64,000 nt of DNA from Nitrospirota bacterium (GTDB lineage: Bacteria > Nitrospirota > Thermodesulfovibrionia > UBA6902), in NCBI GenBank assembly GCA_039715075.1, contig JBDLIC010000004.1:3041-67040 (forward strand), read 5' to 3'. This document shows positions 1 through 13,299 of the stretch, piece by piece (position 1 is the stretch's first letter; every line of letters starts with the position of its first letter). The notes beneath the pieces were generated by a model. The model was given only the letters and a program-made list of their open reading frames with translations, had not been told where the DNA came from and made no database searches. Made by a program: the position numbers and the translations under genes.

Positions 1-421
1 CCTCAAGCTCTGTAAGTTCTTCGCTGTTTGATCCGGTTGTAATTGCCCCTATTGGATGAACAGTGCAGGACCCCTGCTTTTTGGCCTTGTCAAGTATTAA
101 TTCGGTGACCGCAACATTATCATTAACAGGATAGGTGTTCGGCATACAGCAGACAGTTGTGAAACCGCCCCTGACCGCGGACAGGGTGCCTGTCTCAATA
201 GTTTCCTTATATTCAAAGCCCGGCTCGCGAAGATGTGTGTGTATATCAACCAGCCCCGGGATTACAAGACATTTTGAAGCGTCAATTGTTTTATCCGCTT
301 CAGGTGCTTTGCCTTTGGGGTAGATACCTTCAATTTTACGGCCCTTTATAAATATGTCCCTGTGGCCATCAATATTTTGAGAAGGATCGACAACATGACC
401 ATTTTTAATAACTATGTTCAT
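1..421 (-). CDS. pyrC: dihydroorotase PyrC, N-terminal part (gene continues beyond window start)
   Basis: The minus-strand frame from the ATG at 421..419 reads [69 protein letters not shown], the metal-binding HxH motif of cyclic amidohydrolases. Its start overlaps the pyrB stop as ATGA. Confidence 0.85.
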   Translation of the reverse strand, partial: MNIVIKNGHVVDPSQNIDGHRDIFIKGRKIEGIYPKGKAPEADKTIDASKCLVIPGLVDIHTHLREPGFEYKETIETGTLSAVRGGFTTVCCMPNTYPVNDNVAVTELILDKAKKQGSCTVHPIGAITTGSNSEELTELE

Positions 422-1338
422 TTCTTGACTCCCGAAAGAAGATACAGTACAGCCATCCTGACCGCGATTCCGTTTGTGACCTGCTCAAGAATAACAGACT
501 GCTGCCCGTCAGCAACTGATGACGCTATTTCAACTCCCCTGTTCATAGGCCCGGGGTGCATTACAATCGCGTCTTCCCTGGCCAGTTTAATTCTTTCTGC
601 TGTAAGGCCGTAGAGTTTAAAATATTCCCTCAGCGATGGGAGAAAGCCCTTGCTCTGGCGCTCAAGCTGCAGCCGCAGTGCCATGACAACATCAACGTTC
701 TTTAATCCCTCATCTGTGGAGTGATAAACCTTGACTCCGAGCCTGTCCACTTCAGCAGGGGTAAGTGTCGGGGGGCATATCACTCTTACTTCGGCATCCA
801 GCTTTGTGAGGGCATATATATTGGATTTGGCGACTCTGCTGTGAGCAATATCTCCGATAATAGCCACCTTGAGGCCTTTGAAATTCTTCTTGTGTGACTG
901 AATCGTAAACATGTCCAGGAGTGCCTGTGTCGGATGTTCATTTGAACCGTCTCCCGCATTAATGACCGATACATCAAGAAGATTACTCAGCAGATGCGGT
1001 ACACCGGAAGAGGAGTGCCTGACTAATACAAAGTCCGCGCCGAGGGCCTGAATTGTGAGGGCTGTATCCTTCAGGGATTCGCCTTTTACAACACTGCTGG
1101 TAGAAACAGAAAAATTAACAAAATCGGCGCTCAGGCGTTTTGACGCAAGTGCAAAAGATGTTTTTGTTCTCGTTGAAGGTTCAAAGAACAGGCTTACTAC
1201 GGTCTTGCCCCTGAGAGGCGGGACCTTTTTTATGTCTCTCTTCAGAACATCTTTAAAGCCGGCAGCAGTATCCAGAATAAGATATATTTCTTCGGGTTTA
1301 AGTTCTTTTATTCCCAGGAGGTCTTTTGAACTAATCAT
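418..1338 (-). CDS. pyrB: aspartate carbamoyltransferase catalytic subunit
   Basis: 306 aa; STRTKTSF carbamoyl-phosphate binding motif and HPGP motif; pyr operon context. Confidence 0.95.
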   Translation of the reverse strand: MISSKDLLGIKELKPEEIYLILDTAAGFKDVLKRDIKKVPPLRGKTVVSLFFEPSTRTKTSFALASKRLSADFVNFSVSTSSVVKGESLKDTALTIQALGADFVLVRHSSSGVPHLLSNLLDVSVINAGDGSNEHPTQALLDMFTIQSHKKNFKGLKVAIIGDIAHSRVAKSNIYALTKLDAEVRVICPPTLTPAEVDRLGVKVYHSTDEGLKNVDVVMALRLQLERQSKGFLPSLREYFKLYGLTAERIKLAREDAIVMHPGPMNRGVEIASSVADGQQSVILEQVTNGIAVRMAVLYLLSGVKK

Positions 1339-1391
1339 TGTATATCCACAAATATATATTTTTAAAGCAGACTGTTTTTAATAGTGCAGAA

Positions 1392-2032
<641 letters not shown>

Positions 2033-2229
2033 AGTTTAAAGGTTGTTTTGATAAACATAATAATACAAAAAATGCGGCATTGTCAATAAAGGTCTTCCTG
2101 AAATTATATGAAATGGCGTTTCTATTGATTTTTTTGTTTCAGGGGCGATACTGTTATTGACAAATATATATTATTGTTAGAAAAACATTTTAATATTATG
2201 ATTAAGCACTGAATGTTACGGAGTCATTA

Positions 2230-2556
2230 ATGCCTGTTATTACAAAAGAAGCACTTATCAAGAAAACCGGAGACCTTAAGGTCCTGTCTTTTGTTGCAAA
2301 AAAGATCCTTGATACAATCAGTGACGACAATCTATCATTCTCGGACCTGGCGGATATTAGCGAGAAGGACCAGACTATCGATGCACGTGTACTAAAGGTT
2401 TCAAACAGTCCCATGTACGGGTTAAGGCAGGAAGTAAACAGTATTCAGCAGGCCCTTATGATACTCGGGCTAAAAACAATAAGAAGTCTTGTCCTGTCCC
2501 TTTCAACAAGGTCCCTTTACAAAAAATTCGGTATGACCGATGGTCCAAAATATTAG
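2230..2556 (+). CDS. HDOD domain protein, apparently C-terminally truncated (N-terminal ~108 aa only)
   Basis: N-terminal HDOD signature (LKVLSFVAKKILDTISDDNLSFSDLADIS..ARVLKVSNSPMYGL..VNSIQQALMILGLKTIRSLVLSLS). A stop occurs after 108 aa and no continuation is found in any frame. Confidence 0.5.
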   Translation: MPVITKEALIKKTGDLKVLSFVAKKILDTISDDNLSFSDLADISEKDQTIDARVLKVSNSPMYGLRQEVNSIQQALMILGLKTIRSLVLSLSTRSLYKKFGMTDGPKY

Positions 2557-2586
2557 CGAAACCTATGAAAATGAAAAGGCAGTCTT

Positions 2587-2925
2587 TCAGTTATCACCGT
2601 GTCTGTATTTAATGATACTGACCTTTTCCATTGTAATTAATCCTTCCTTTACATTGTCATCCAGAAATGGAATTAATTTATTAATGTTTTCTTCCGTATC
2701 AACAATTTCGATCATTACAGGAAGATCTTCAGACAGACGAAGCAGTTTTACAGAGTGAATACGGCTGGTCGCGCCGTAGCCCATTATTCCGCGGAAAACT
2801 GTTGCACCTGCCAGGTTCAGTTTTCTTGCCTCAAGGACTATGGCCTCATACAGGGCCTTTCCCTTGAAGGTGTCTGTTTCTCCAATAAAAATTCTGAGCA
2901 GCTTTCCTTCTTCAGGCAGTTTCAT
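2587..2925 (-). CDS. DUF190 (COG1993) protein, crcB-associated
   Basis: 112 aa, PII-like DUF190 typical partner of crcB; adjacent downstream of crcB. Confidence 0.8.
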   Translation of the reverse strand: MKLPEEGKLLRIFIGETDTFKGKALYEAIVLEARKLNLAGATVFRGIMGYGATSRIHSVKLLRLSEDLPVMIEIVDTEENINKLIPFLDDNVKEGLITMEKVSIIKYRHGDN

Positions 2926-2934
2926 GATTTTTCC

Positions 2935-3321
2935 TTATCTGATGGCGTTAATAATATATTTTGAGAGCAGAAATCCTGCAAATACAAGAGCTATCCCGAT
3001 TATGTTGCTTGCCAGTATATTTGAAAGTGCAAGCTTGATCTGGCCGTCTCTGAACATACTGAAGTTTTCGAGGGCGAATGTTGAAAAAGTGGTAAACCCG
3101 CCCAGTACGCCTATGAAAATAAAGTTTCTTATGTTCGATGAAATGTTTTCGATATCAAAAAAACCCCAGAGAAGTCCTATGGCAAACGAACCCGCCAGAT
3201 TAACAAAGAGGGTCCCCCAGGGGAAGACGCCGTTAAATAATTTGTATGTCAGTCCTGATAGTGAGTAGCGCAGCAGTGTTCCAACTGCACCGCCTGCCGC
3301 GAGAAGTAATATCTTTGTCAT
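2935..3321 (-). CDS. crcB: fluoride ion channel CrcB/FluC
   Basis: 128 aa, 4 TM segments, GTLxVNxxGSF motif typical of CrcB. Confidence 0.9.
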   Translation of the reverse strand: MTKILLLAAGGAVGTLLRYSLSGLTYKLFNGVFPWGTLFVNLAGSFAIGLLWGFFDIENISSNIRNFIFIGVLGGFTTFSTFALENFSMFRDGQIKLALSNILASNIIGIALVFAGFLLSKYIINAIR

Positions 3322-3421
3322 ACGTTATTTATGAAGGCCTCCTGATTTATTGTGACTATAAAAAATTTACATGTTATCTGTCGAAAAATCAATAAATATT
3401 TGATAGAATGGGGGACAAGAA

Positions 3422-4723
3422 ATGCTGAAAAGATATTTTAAACTTGAGGAACTGGGGACAAATGTAAAACAGGAGGTCATTGCCGGTGCAACAACCTTTG
3501 CGACAATGGCCTATATAATAGTTGTTAATCCCAAGATCCTTGAAGCTGCAGGCATCCCCTTCGGACCGTCTATGGTAGCAACTATAATGAGTGCCTTTTT
3601 CGGTACTCTTGCCATGGGTGTCTATGCGAAGAGGCCCTTTGCGATCGCGCCATATATGGGAGAGAATGCCTTTATCGCATATACTGTTGTGAAGGTCCTC
3701 GGCTACAGCTGGCAGACTGCATTGGGAGCAATTTTTATCGGCGGAGTTCTATTTACAATTCTCACTGTGCTCAATATCAGGACCTGGCTGGCAAAATCAA
3801 TCCCGGAGGGACTCAGGATAGGATTTGTTGTAGGTATCGGGTTATTTCTGACGTTTATAGGCTTAAACATGACTGGGATTGTTGTGCCGGGTGTTCCCGG
3901 TGCGCCTGTACATGTAGGAAAAATGAATGACACGACTGTGCTGCTTGCGATATTCGGTTTTTTCCTGACCTCATTCCTTATGATTAAACGGATCAAAGGC
4001 GCTATTCTTTTTGGTATCCTGGCGGTTACTTTTTTGGCATTCGCCATGAAACTGGCATCAATGCCGGACAGGTGGGTCAGCATGCCGCCGAGTATCATGC
4101 CTGTTTTTCTGGAGCTTGATATAGCAGGGGCTCTCAGCTGGGGATTCTTTGCGGTCATCCTTACTGTATTTGTGATGGACTTCGTTGATACAATGGGCAC
4201 ATTGATTGCGCTTTCTTACAGGGCTGATCTGCTGGATGAAAAGGGCAACCTGCCGGAGATGGAAAAACCTATGCTGTGTGATTCCCTTGCAACCGTTGTA
4301 GCCTCTCTATTAGGCACAACTACAACCGGAACATTTCTTGAATCAGCTACAGGGATAGAGTCAGGAGGCAAATCAGGTTTAACGTCGGTTGTGACTGCGT
4401 TCCTGTTTCTGCTTGCACTTTTCTTTGCTCCATTTTTTACTGCAATTCCAGCATACGCATATGGCCCGGCACTGATTATCGTAGGTATGCTGATGCTGTC
4501 CCCGATAAAAAGGATTAAATTTGATGATCTGACAGAAGTCATACCTTCATTCTGCATAATTGTACTCATGAGTTTTACATTCAATATTGGAATTGGAATG
4601 ACAGCCGGTTTTATTGTATATCCTTTTATTAAGACAGTATCAGGAAGGGGCAAGGAAGTCCCGCCCGGGCTCTGGGTGCTTGCTGCGTTATCTCTGCTTT
4701 TCTTTATATTCTATCCTTATTAA
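3422..4723 (+). CDS. NCS2 family nucleobase permease (AzgA/PurP-like adenine/guanine/hypoxanthine permease)
   Basis: 433 aa polytopic membrane protein; N-terminus FKLEELGTNVKQEVIAGATTFATMAYIIVVNP characteristic of COG2252. Confidence 0.85.
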   Translation: MLKRYFKLEELGTNVKQEVIAGATTFATMAYIIVVNPKILEAAGIPFGPSMVATIMSAFFGTLAMGVYAKRPFAIAPYMGENAFIAYTVVKVLGYSWQTALGAIFIGGVLFTILTVLNIRTWLAKSIPEGLRIGFVVGIGLFLTFIGLNMTGIVVPGVPGAPVHVGKMNDTTVLLAIFGFFLTSFLMIKRIKGAILFGILAVTFLAFAMKLASMPDRWVSMPPSIMPVFLELDIAGALSWGFFAVILTVFVMDFVDTMGTLIALSYRADLLDEKGNLPEMEKPMLCDSLATVVASLLGTTTTGTFLESATGIESGGKSGLTSVVTAFLFLLALFFAPFFTAIPAYAYGPALIIVGMLMLSPIKRIKFDDLTEVIPSFCIIVLMSFTFNIGIGMTAGFIVYPFIKTVSGRGKEVPPGLWVLAALSLLFFIFYPY

Positions 4724-4783
4724 AAATGTGAGTTTTGGTATCGTATGTTGCCTGAATAAAAACCCTTCTGCTATACTTAACGC

Positions 4784-5509
4784 ATGATTGTAATCCCCGC
4801 AATAGACTTGAAGGACGGTAAATGCGTAAGACTTCTCCAGGGAAGAAAGGAAGACGTTACTGTCTATTCCGATGACCCTGCTGCGATGGCTCAGCAATGG
4901 GTTGAAATGGGAGCAAAGCTGCTTCATGTGGTTGACCTAGATGGTGCTTTTACCGGAGAGCAGAAGAATTTTGACCGGATAAGAGAGATAAGGAAATCGA
5001 TTCATATCCCGATAGAAGTCGGCGGTGGAATCAGAGATATAGAGAGGATTGATCAGCTTGTTGATCTTGGTGTGGACAGGACTATAATCGGCACTTCTGC
5101 TGCAAAGGACCCTGATATGGTCAAAAAAGCCTGTGAAAAATATCCGGAAAAGGTCCTTGTGGGGATTGATGCAAAAGACGGGAAGGTAGCAGTAAAAGGA
5201 TGGGTAGAGGTCACGGAACTTGGTGCTATTGAATTTGCAAAACAGATGCAGGACATTGGCGCAGCCGGAATTATTTATACGGACATATCCCGTGATGGAA
5301 TGCTTACCGGGCCAAATATTGAAGCGATGGAAAAGATGCTCAGGGCCGTTGACATCCCTGTAATAGCATCCGGCGGAGTGTCAAAGCTGGATGACATAAA
5401 GAATCTTAAAAAGATCAAAAACCTCTGGGGTGTCATAACAGGAAAGGCTTTATATGCCGGTTCAATGGACCTGAAAGCTGCTATTAATATTGCCGGGGAA
5501 GGAAATTAG
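4784..5509 (+). CDS. hisA: phosphoribosylformimino-5-aminoimidazole carboxamide ribotide isomerase HisA
   Basis: 241 aa; MIVIPAIDLKDGKCVRL start; (beta/alpha)8 HisA family. Confidence 0.95.
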   Translation: MIVIPAIDLKDGKCVRLLQGRKEDVTVYSDDPAAMAQQWVEMGAKLLHVVDLDGAFTGEQKNFDRIREIRKSIHIPIEVGGGIRDIERIDQLVDLGVDRTIIGTSAAKDPDMVKKACEKYPEKVLVGIDAKDGKVAVKGWVEVTELGAIEFAKQMQDIGAAGIIYTDISRDGMLTGPNIEAMEKMLRAVDIPVIASGGVSKLDDIKNLKKIKNLWGVITGKALYAGSMDLKAAINIAGEGN

Positions 5510-6352
5510 GTGCTTGCTAAAAGAATAATACCGTGTCTGGACGTAAAGGACGGAAGGGTTGTGAAAGGGGTCAACTTTCAAAACCTTACTGATGCCGGCG
5601 ACCCTGTCGAAAACGCGAAGTTCTATGATGAGCAGGGGGCTGATGAGCTTGTGTTCCTGGATGTAACCGCTTCCCATGAAAAAAGGGCAATTATCCTGGA
5701 TGTTGTCGCAAGGACAGCGGATGATGTATTTATGCCCCTGACCGTTGGGGGAGGTATCAAGACACTGGCTGATATAAGGGACCTTCTGAATGCGGGATGT
5801 GATAAAGTTTCTATTAATACAACGTCTGTCAGGACACCGTATTTTATAAGAGAAGCCTCTGAAAAATTCGGGAGCCAGTGTATCGTCGTAGCAGTCGATG
5901 CAAAGCGGTTGCGGCCTGATATGACATTTGAACCGGAAGAGCCGTGGTTTGATGATCCATTTTTAAACGAGACCTGCCTTAAAATGCTATCAAATGGCGG
6001 GACTGTCTGGGCCATTTCGACCCACGGAGGCAGAAAGATGCGGCAGATTGATGCTATTAAGTGGGCGAAGAAAATGGAAGAGCTTGGCGCAGGAGAAATA
6101 CTTCTTACAAGCATGGACCGGGATGGAACCAAGGACGGCTATGATATTGCACTGACCAGAAAAATATCGGAGGCTGTCACGATTCCTGTTGTTGCATCCG
6201 GCGGGGTAGGGACACTTGAGCATTTACGTGAGGGCCTGGTCGAAGGAAAGGCAGATGCCGCCCTTGCAGCCTCTATTTTCCACTACAGGGAGTATTCCGT
6301 AAAAGAGTCAAAGGAATACCTGAAATCAAAAGGGGTACCTGTGAGACTGTGA
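5510..6352 (+). CDS. hisF: imidazole glycerol phosphate synthase cyclase subunit HisF
   Basis: 280 aa; [16 protein letters not shown] start; carries a ~25-aa insertion relative to canonical HisF. Confidence 0.95.
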   Translation: MLAKRIIPCLDVKDGRVVKGVNFQNLTDAGDPVENAKFYDEQGADELVFLDVTASHEKRAIILDVVARTADDVFMPLTVGGGIKTLADIRDLLNAGCDKVSINTTSVRTPYFIREASEKFGSQCIVVAVDAKRLRPDMTFEPEEPWFDDPFLNETCLKMLSNGGTVWAISTHGGRKMRQIDAIKWAKKMEELGAGEILLTSMDRDGTKDGYDIALTRKISEAVTIPVVASGGVGTLEHLREGLVEGKADAALAASIFHYREYSVKESKEYLKSKGVPVRL

Positions 6353-6356
6353 AAAA

Positions 6357-6387
6357 GCTGTCAGCTATCAGCAGTCAGCTTTCAGCT
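6357..6387. repeat. tandem heptamer array GCTNTCA x4.4
   Basis: gctgtca gctatca gcagtca gctttca gct, between convergent hisF and the ThiI-like gene; the same unit family recurs at 57990..58112. Confidence 0.8.
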
Positions 6388-6408
6388 AAGGCAGGAAAAT
6401 ATATAAAC

Positions 6409-7449
6409 TTATAACATAGAACTTATAACGCTCTTTTTTGCTTTTTTCTTTTCTATCCTGTAATAATTTAAAATATCATCATTTGCAGGAGGTACCTTGA
6501 GGTGGTATTTCTTTTCATTTCTGAAAACCGAAACATTTACTTCGGGAAGGTGTTTTGCGTCGGAATATCTTGCGCACATAGCGGCAGCAGCTGATATGGC
6601 ATCATCGGTAACATTTCCGAGAAGAATTGAAGTAGGACTTCCTATGTCTTCAACCTCTAATAAAGTGTCATCAGGTTCTGATAATGATTTAATAGTCTGG
6701 TTCTCTGCTTCATGTCTCCCGATGATAATTTTGCAGTCTGCTGAATATCTGAAATGTCTGCCGACCCTTAAGAAGTTAATGTCTTTGTAATCAGGGTCAC
6801 TGTTATGTTCCAGAAGGTCCTTTAATTTGTAGGAATAGTTCGGCTCTGTCAGTAAACATCCTCCGGCCGGGGAAGGGTATTCCGTCAGTCCAAGCTCATC
6901 AGCCAGTGCCATCTGCGGTTTTCTTGAGCGGCCGTTAAAGTCATAGAGCAGTTCTCTGTTAACAAAACCATTTTCTTCAGAGATTGTAACAGGGAGGAGT
7001 TTTGCGCTGAGCGGCCTCAGGACCAGTCCATTAACATCAGCTGCCTTGTCGATCATAGGAAAGCATTCTTTCCGCTGGCTCATCGGCCTCTGTCCCAGGA
7101 CTTCGCCTGATATCAGGAAGTCAGCGCCCAGTATCTTCATGAGCTCTTTTGCCTCCTTCAGCATGAGAATCCTGCAGTCAATACATGGGTTCATATTTTT
7201 ACCATGGCCATATTTCGGGTTCTTCACTATATCAAAAAATTTATCGGACAGGTGCGACATTTTAACCTTGAATCCAAACTTCTCTGAAGCAGCAAAAGGG
7301 TCCTTGGAACAGGATGATTTATCACTGATATCGCAGCCAAAGTGGTTCAGGAAAGTTATAGCTGTAACATCAACTCCCTGTTTTAACATAATGAGGACAG
7401 CAAGTGTACTGTCGAGACCGCCTGAGTATAATGCTACCGCTTTTGTCAT
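6409..7449 (-). CDS. ThiI-like PP-loop ATPase (no THUMP domain; C-terminal extension)
   Basis: 346 aa; SGGLDST PP-loop at N-terminus; CIDC...SGEVLGQRPMSQ resembles ThiI CxxC..GESLGQVASQ motif. Confidence 0.65.
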   Translation of the reverse strand: MTKAVALYSGGLDSTLAVLIMLKQGVDVTAITFLNHFGCDISDKSSCSKDPFAASEKFGFKVKMSHLSDKFFDIVKNPKYGHGKNMNPCIDCRILMLKEAKELMKILGADFLISGEVLGQRPMSQRKECFPMIDKAADVNGLVLRPLSAKLLPVTISEENGFVNRELLYDFNGRSRKPQMALADELGLTEYPSPAGGCLLTEPNYSYKLKDLLEHNSDPDYKDINFLRVGRHFRYSADCKIIIGRHEAENQTIKSLSEPDDTLLEVEDIGSPTSILLGNVTDDAISAAAAMCARYSDAKHLPEVNVSVFRNEKKYHLKVPPANDDILNYYRIEKKKAKKSVISSML

Positions 7450-7616
7450 AATAAAAATCCTTTGAGGAATCCAGGATTACAATTACCCGACTTTTATTCT
7501 TTTCATTCTGGCTTCTGGCTCCTGATTTCTTGTTTTTCTGTTTTAATTTTACAATTATTTGGCAGGATCTTTCAAATTCTCCTTGAACAAAAAAAACAAC
7601 TATTGTAAAGTATTCT

Positions 7617-11303
<3,687 letters not shown>

Positions 11304-11359
11304 TTGCAAACTAAAAACGTAGAGAGAGAGTTGCTACTTTTACTGGCAGTCAGGCTATT

Positions 11360-11680
11360 ATGCGGAATGTACGGCGACAGCAGGTCAAGCAAAACAGGAA
11401 AGCGAGAAAGCTGATTTATCTTACCTTCGGGATTCTTCTCTTTATCTTTATGTCTGTTAATATGATTGTCGGGAAAAACGGACTCTTGAGGTATTTGAAG
11501 CTCAAATCTACAAAAGACCGGCTGATAACAGAAACCATTTTAATTGAGAAGCAGAATGCGGACATCCGGAACCAGACAGGGGCACTCGGTAATGAGTCTG
11601 ATATTGTTGAAGAACTTGCAAGAGAATATGGAATGACAAAAGAAGGAGAACTGATTTTCAAATTCAAAGATAAAGAGTAA
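11360..11680 (+). CDS. ftsB: septum formation initiator FtsB/DivIC family
   Basis: 106 aa; single TM plus coiled coil; conserved position after eno. Confidence 0.75.
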   Translation: MRNVRRQQVKQNRKARKLIYLTFGILLFIFMSVNMIVGKNGLLRYLKLKSTKDRLITETILIEKQNADIRNQTGALGNESDIVEELAREYGMTKEGELIFKFKDKE

Positions 11681-11800
11681 GCGTTTTAAGCAATTACTCC
11701 ATCACTCCATTTTTTTGATAATAATCAGGTATAGTTAGTAATATATGGGTGAAATCCGGGCAGCCGGGTTATATAGGGAGAAATAAATTAGGAGACTGAA

Positions 11801-12169
11801 ATGTACGAATTAATGATTGAGTCACAATTTGCTGCCGCTCATCAGCTAAGAGAATATAAAGGGAAATGTGAAGCACTACATGGCCATAACTGGAGAATCC
11901 AGGTGACTGTCTCTTCTGACAAACTGGATGATCTTGGCATGGTAATAGACTTTCATGAGTTAAAGGACATGACCAATGAGACCATTGCATCACTGGACCA
12001 TTCTTTTTTAAATGAAGTTTTTCCATTTACTGAAATAAACCCCTCATCTGAAAACATGGCTAAATGGATCTTTGAATCAATAAAAAAGAAAATCGGGAAT
12101 AAGGCAATCAGTCTTTCATCTGTGACTGTATGGGAAAATGAAACAGCATCGGCTACCTTCTTTGAATAG
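11801..12169 (+). CDS. queD: 6-carboxy-5,6,7,8-tetrahydropterin synthase QueD
   Basis: 122 aa; CExLHGHNW motif of the PTPS/QueD family. Confidence 0.9.
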   Translation: MYELMIESQFAAAHQLREYKGKCEALHGHNWRIQVTVSSDKLDDLGMVIDFHELKDMTNETIASLDHSFLNEVFPFTEINPSSENMAKWIFESIKKKIGNKAISLSSVTVWENETASATFFE

Positions 12170-12175
12170 TGTTTA

Positions 12176-12357
12176 AACCTAAATCCGGCAGTTGAAACCT
12201 ACTGCGAAATGATAATGCAATGAATCTACAGTCTTTTTCAGAACATTTTTGTCTCACCGTAGAGGTGACTACGCCTTCGCCAAAAATAACCTGAAAAAGC
12301 CTGTATCTTCATCACCTTATCCTCTCTCGTCACGCCTTCAACTGCCGGATTTAGGTT
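12176..12357. repeat. REPIN/MITE-like element: 21-bp perfect inverted repeats flanking a 140-bp interior
   Basis: Left arm aacctaaatccggcagttgaa at 12176..12196; right arm ttcaactgccggatttaggtt at 12337..12357 is its exact reverse complement. Sits between convergent queD and the lipoprotein gene. Confidence 0.8.
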
Positions 12358-12390
12358 AGAATTTAACCGGGGATATTGATGGATTATGGG

Positions 12391-13299
12391 TTATGTGGAC
12401 TGTTCCCCGTTTTGAGCAAAACCTATTCTGGTGGTAAAGGGTACAATAATTTTGCCGCCGTGATTATCGTCTACCAGGACCTTTATTTCGTGAAGTCCTT
12501 CGTTTTCATGGCTGACTTTCCATTTGATAACTCCACTTGATGGATCGATGGTCATTCCGTCAGGGCTTTCCAGCAGCGAGTACGTAAGGAGATCGTTGTC
12601 CGGATCGGATGCGGAAACATGGTATTCGTAGGTATCCCCTGTAAAGGACGGTGATGATTCAGAAAAGACCGGTAATGAATTGTAAACACTGCTTTTTAAT
12701 ACAAGTTGCTTGCCGGATTCATCGCCGTCGTAAGGAGTAATACTGATTGAGATTTTGTCTCCTCTTTTAAGCGTGGCTTCGAGATAGTTTTCTTCACCTG
12801 CAAAATTACCATTCAGGGCCCATTCGTAACTATAGGAGACAATATCATTGTCAGCGTCCCTGGCCTTAACATTAATCTGCAATACTGAGTCGACCCTCGG
12901 GATTCTGGGTGACAATTTTGCATCTGCTATTGCGGGCGGTGAGTTTTTAATTGTTATTTCATTTGACATGAACTCCTGTTCATCTTTTTTCACGATTGCC
13001 TTAACCCTGTCCCCTTTATTAAGATCATTTGAACTGAAACGATAACCCTGAGCAGACTCAACTAATCCTTCGTTAATATACCAATGAATCTTTCCGCCGG
13101 TCAGTATGCTTCTTTCAGCCTTCAGAGTGAACTGAGCTTTTCTTGTGGCCTCATGAGGAACTATGGTGACCGGAGATGATATTGCCTGATCGTGTACATC
13201 CGTGTTCAGCGTAGATACCCTGCTGTTATCAGGACCATTACTGCAGCTGAGCAATATAAAAGACAAGAGCAGAATCAGGCATGCTCTGATAACAATCAT
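12391..13299 (-). CDS. lipoprotein with putative Ig/cadherin-like (He_PIG-type) repeats
   Basis: 302 aa; signal peptide with LLSC lipobox; DPDNDLLTYSLLESPDGMTIDPSSGVIKW-type repeat. Its start overlaps the PilY1 stop by 4 nt, so it is the last gene of the pilus operon. Confidence 0.6.
   Translation of the reverse strand: MIVIRACLILLLSFILLSCSNGPDNSRVSTLNTDVHDQAISSPVTIVPHEATRKAQFTLKAERSILTGGKIHWYINEGLVESAQGYRFSSNDLNKGDRVKAIVKKDEQEFMSNEITIKNSPPAIADAKLSPRIPRVDSVLQINVKARDADNDIVSYSYEWALNGNFAGEENYLEATLKRGDKISISITPYDGDESGKQLVLKSSVYNSLPVFSESSPSFTGDTYEYHVSASDPDNDLLTYSLLESPDGMTIDPSSGVIKWKVSHENEGLHEIKVLVDDNHGGKIIVPFTTRIGFAQNGEQST

Noticed and set aside
3322-3421. Possible fluoride riboswitch upstream of crcB
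   Set aside because: The 100-bp leader (minus strand) shows no GAUG...CCUAC-type crcB-motif elements or pseudoknot-forming stems, only an SD and AT-rich promoter sequence.
11681-11800. Possible preQ1 riboswitch upstream of queD
   Set aside because: There is a short CCGG-containing stem and an A-rich tail before the SD, but no convincing preQ1-I/II consensus. The stem is only 4 bp.
12176-12357. Calling the inverted-repeat elements bona fide transposons
   Set aside because: No transposase, integrase or RAYT gene is present in the window and no target-site duplications were evident. They are reported as repeats with mobile-element-like structure.
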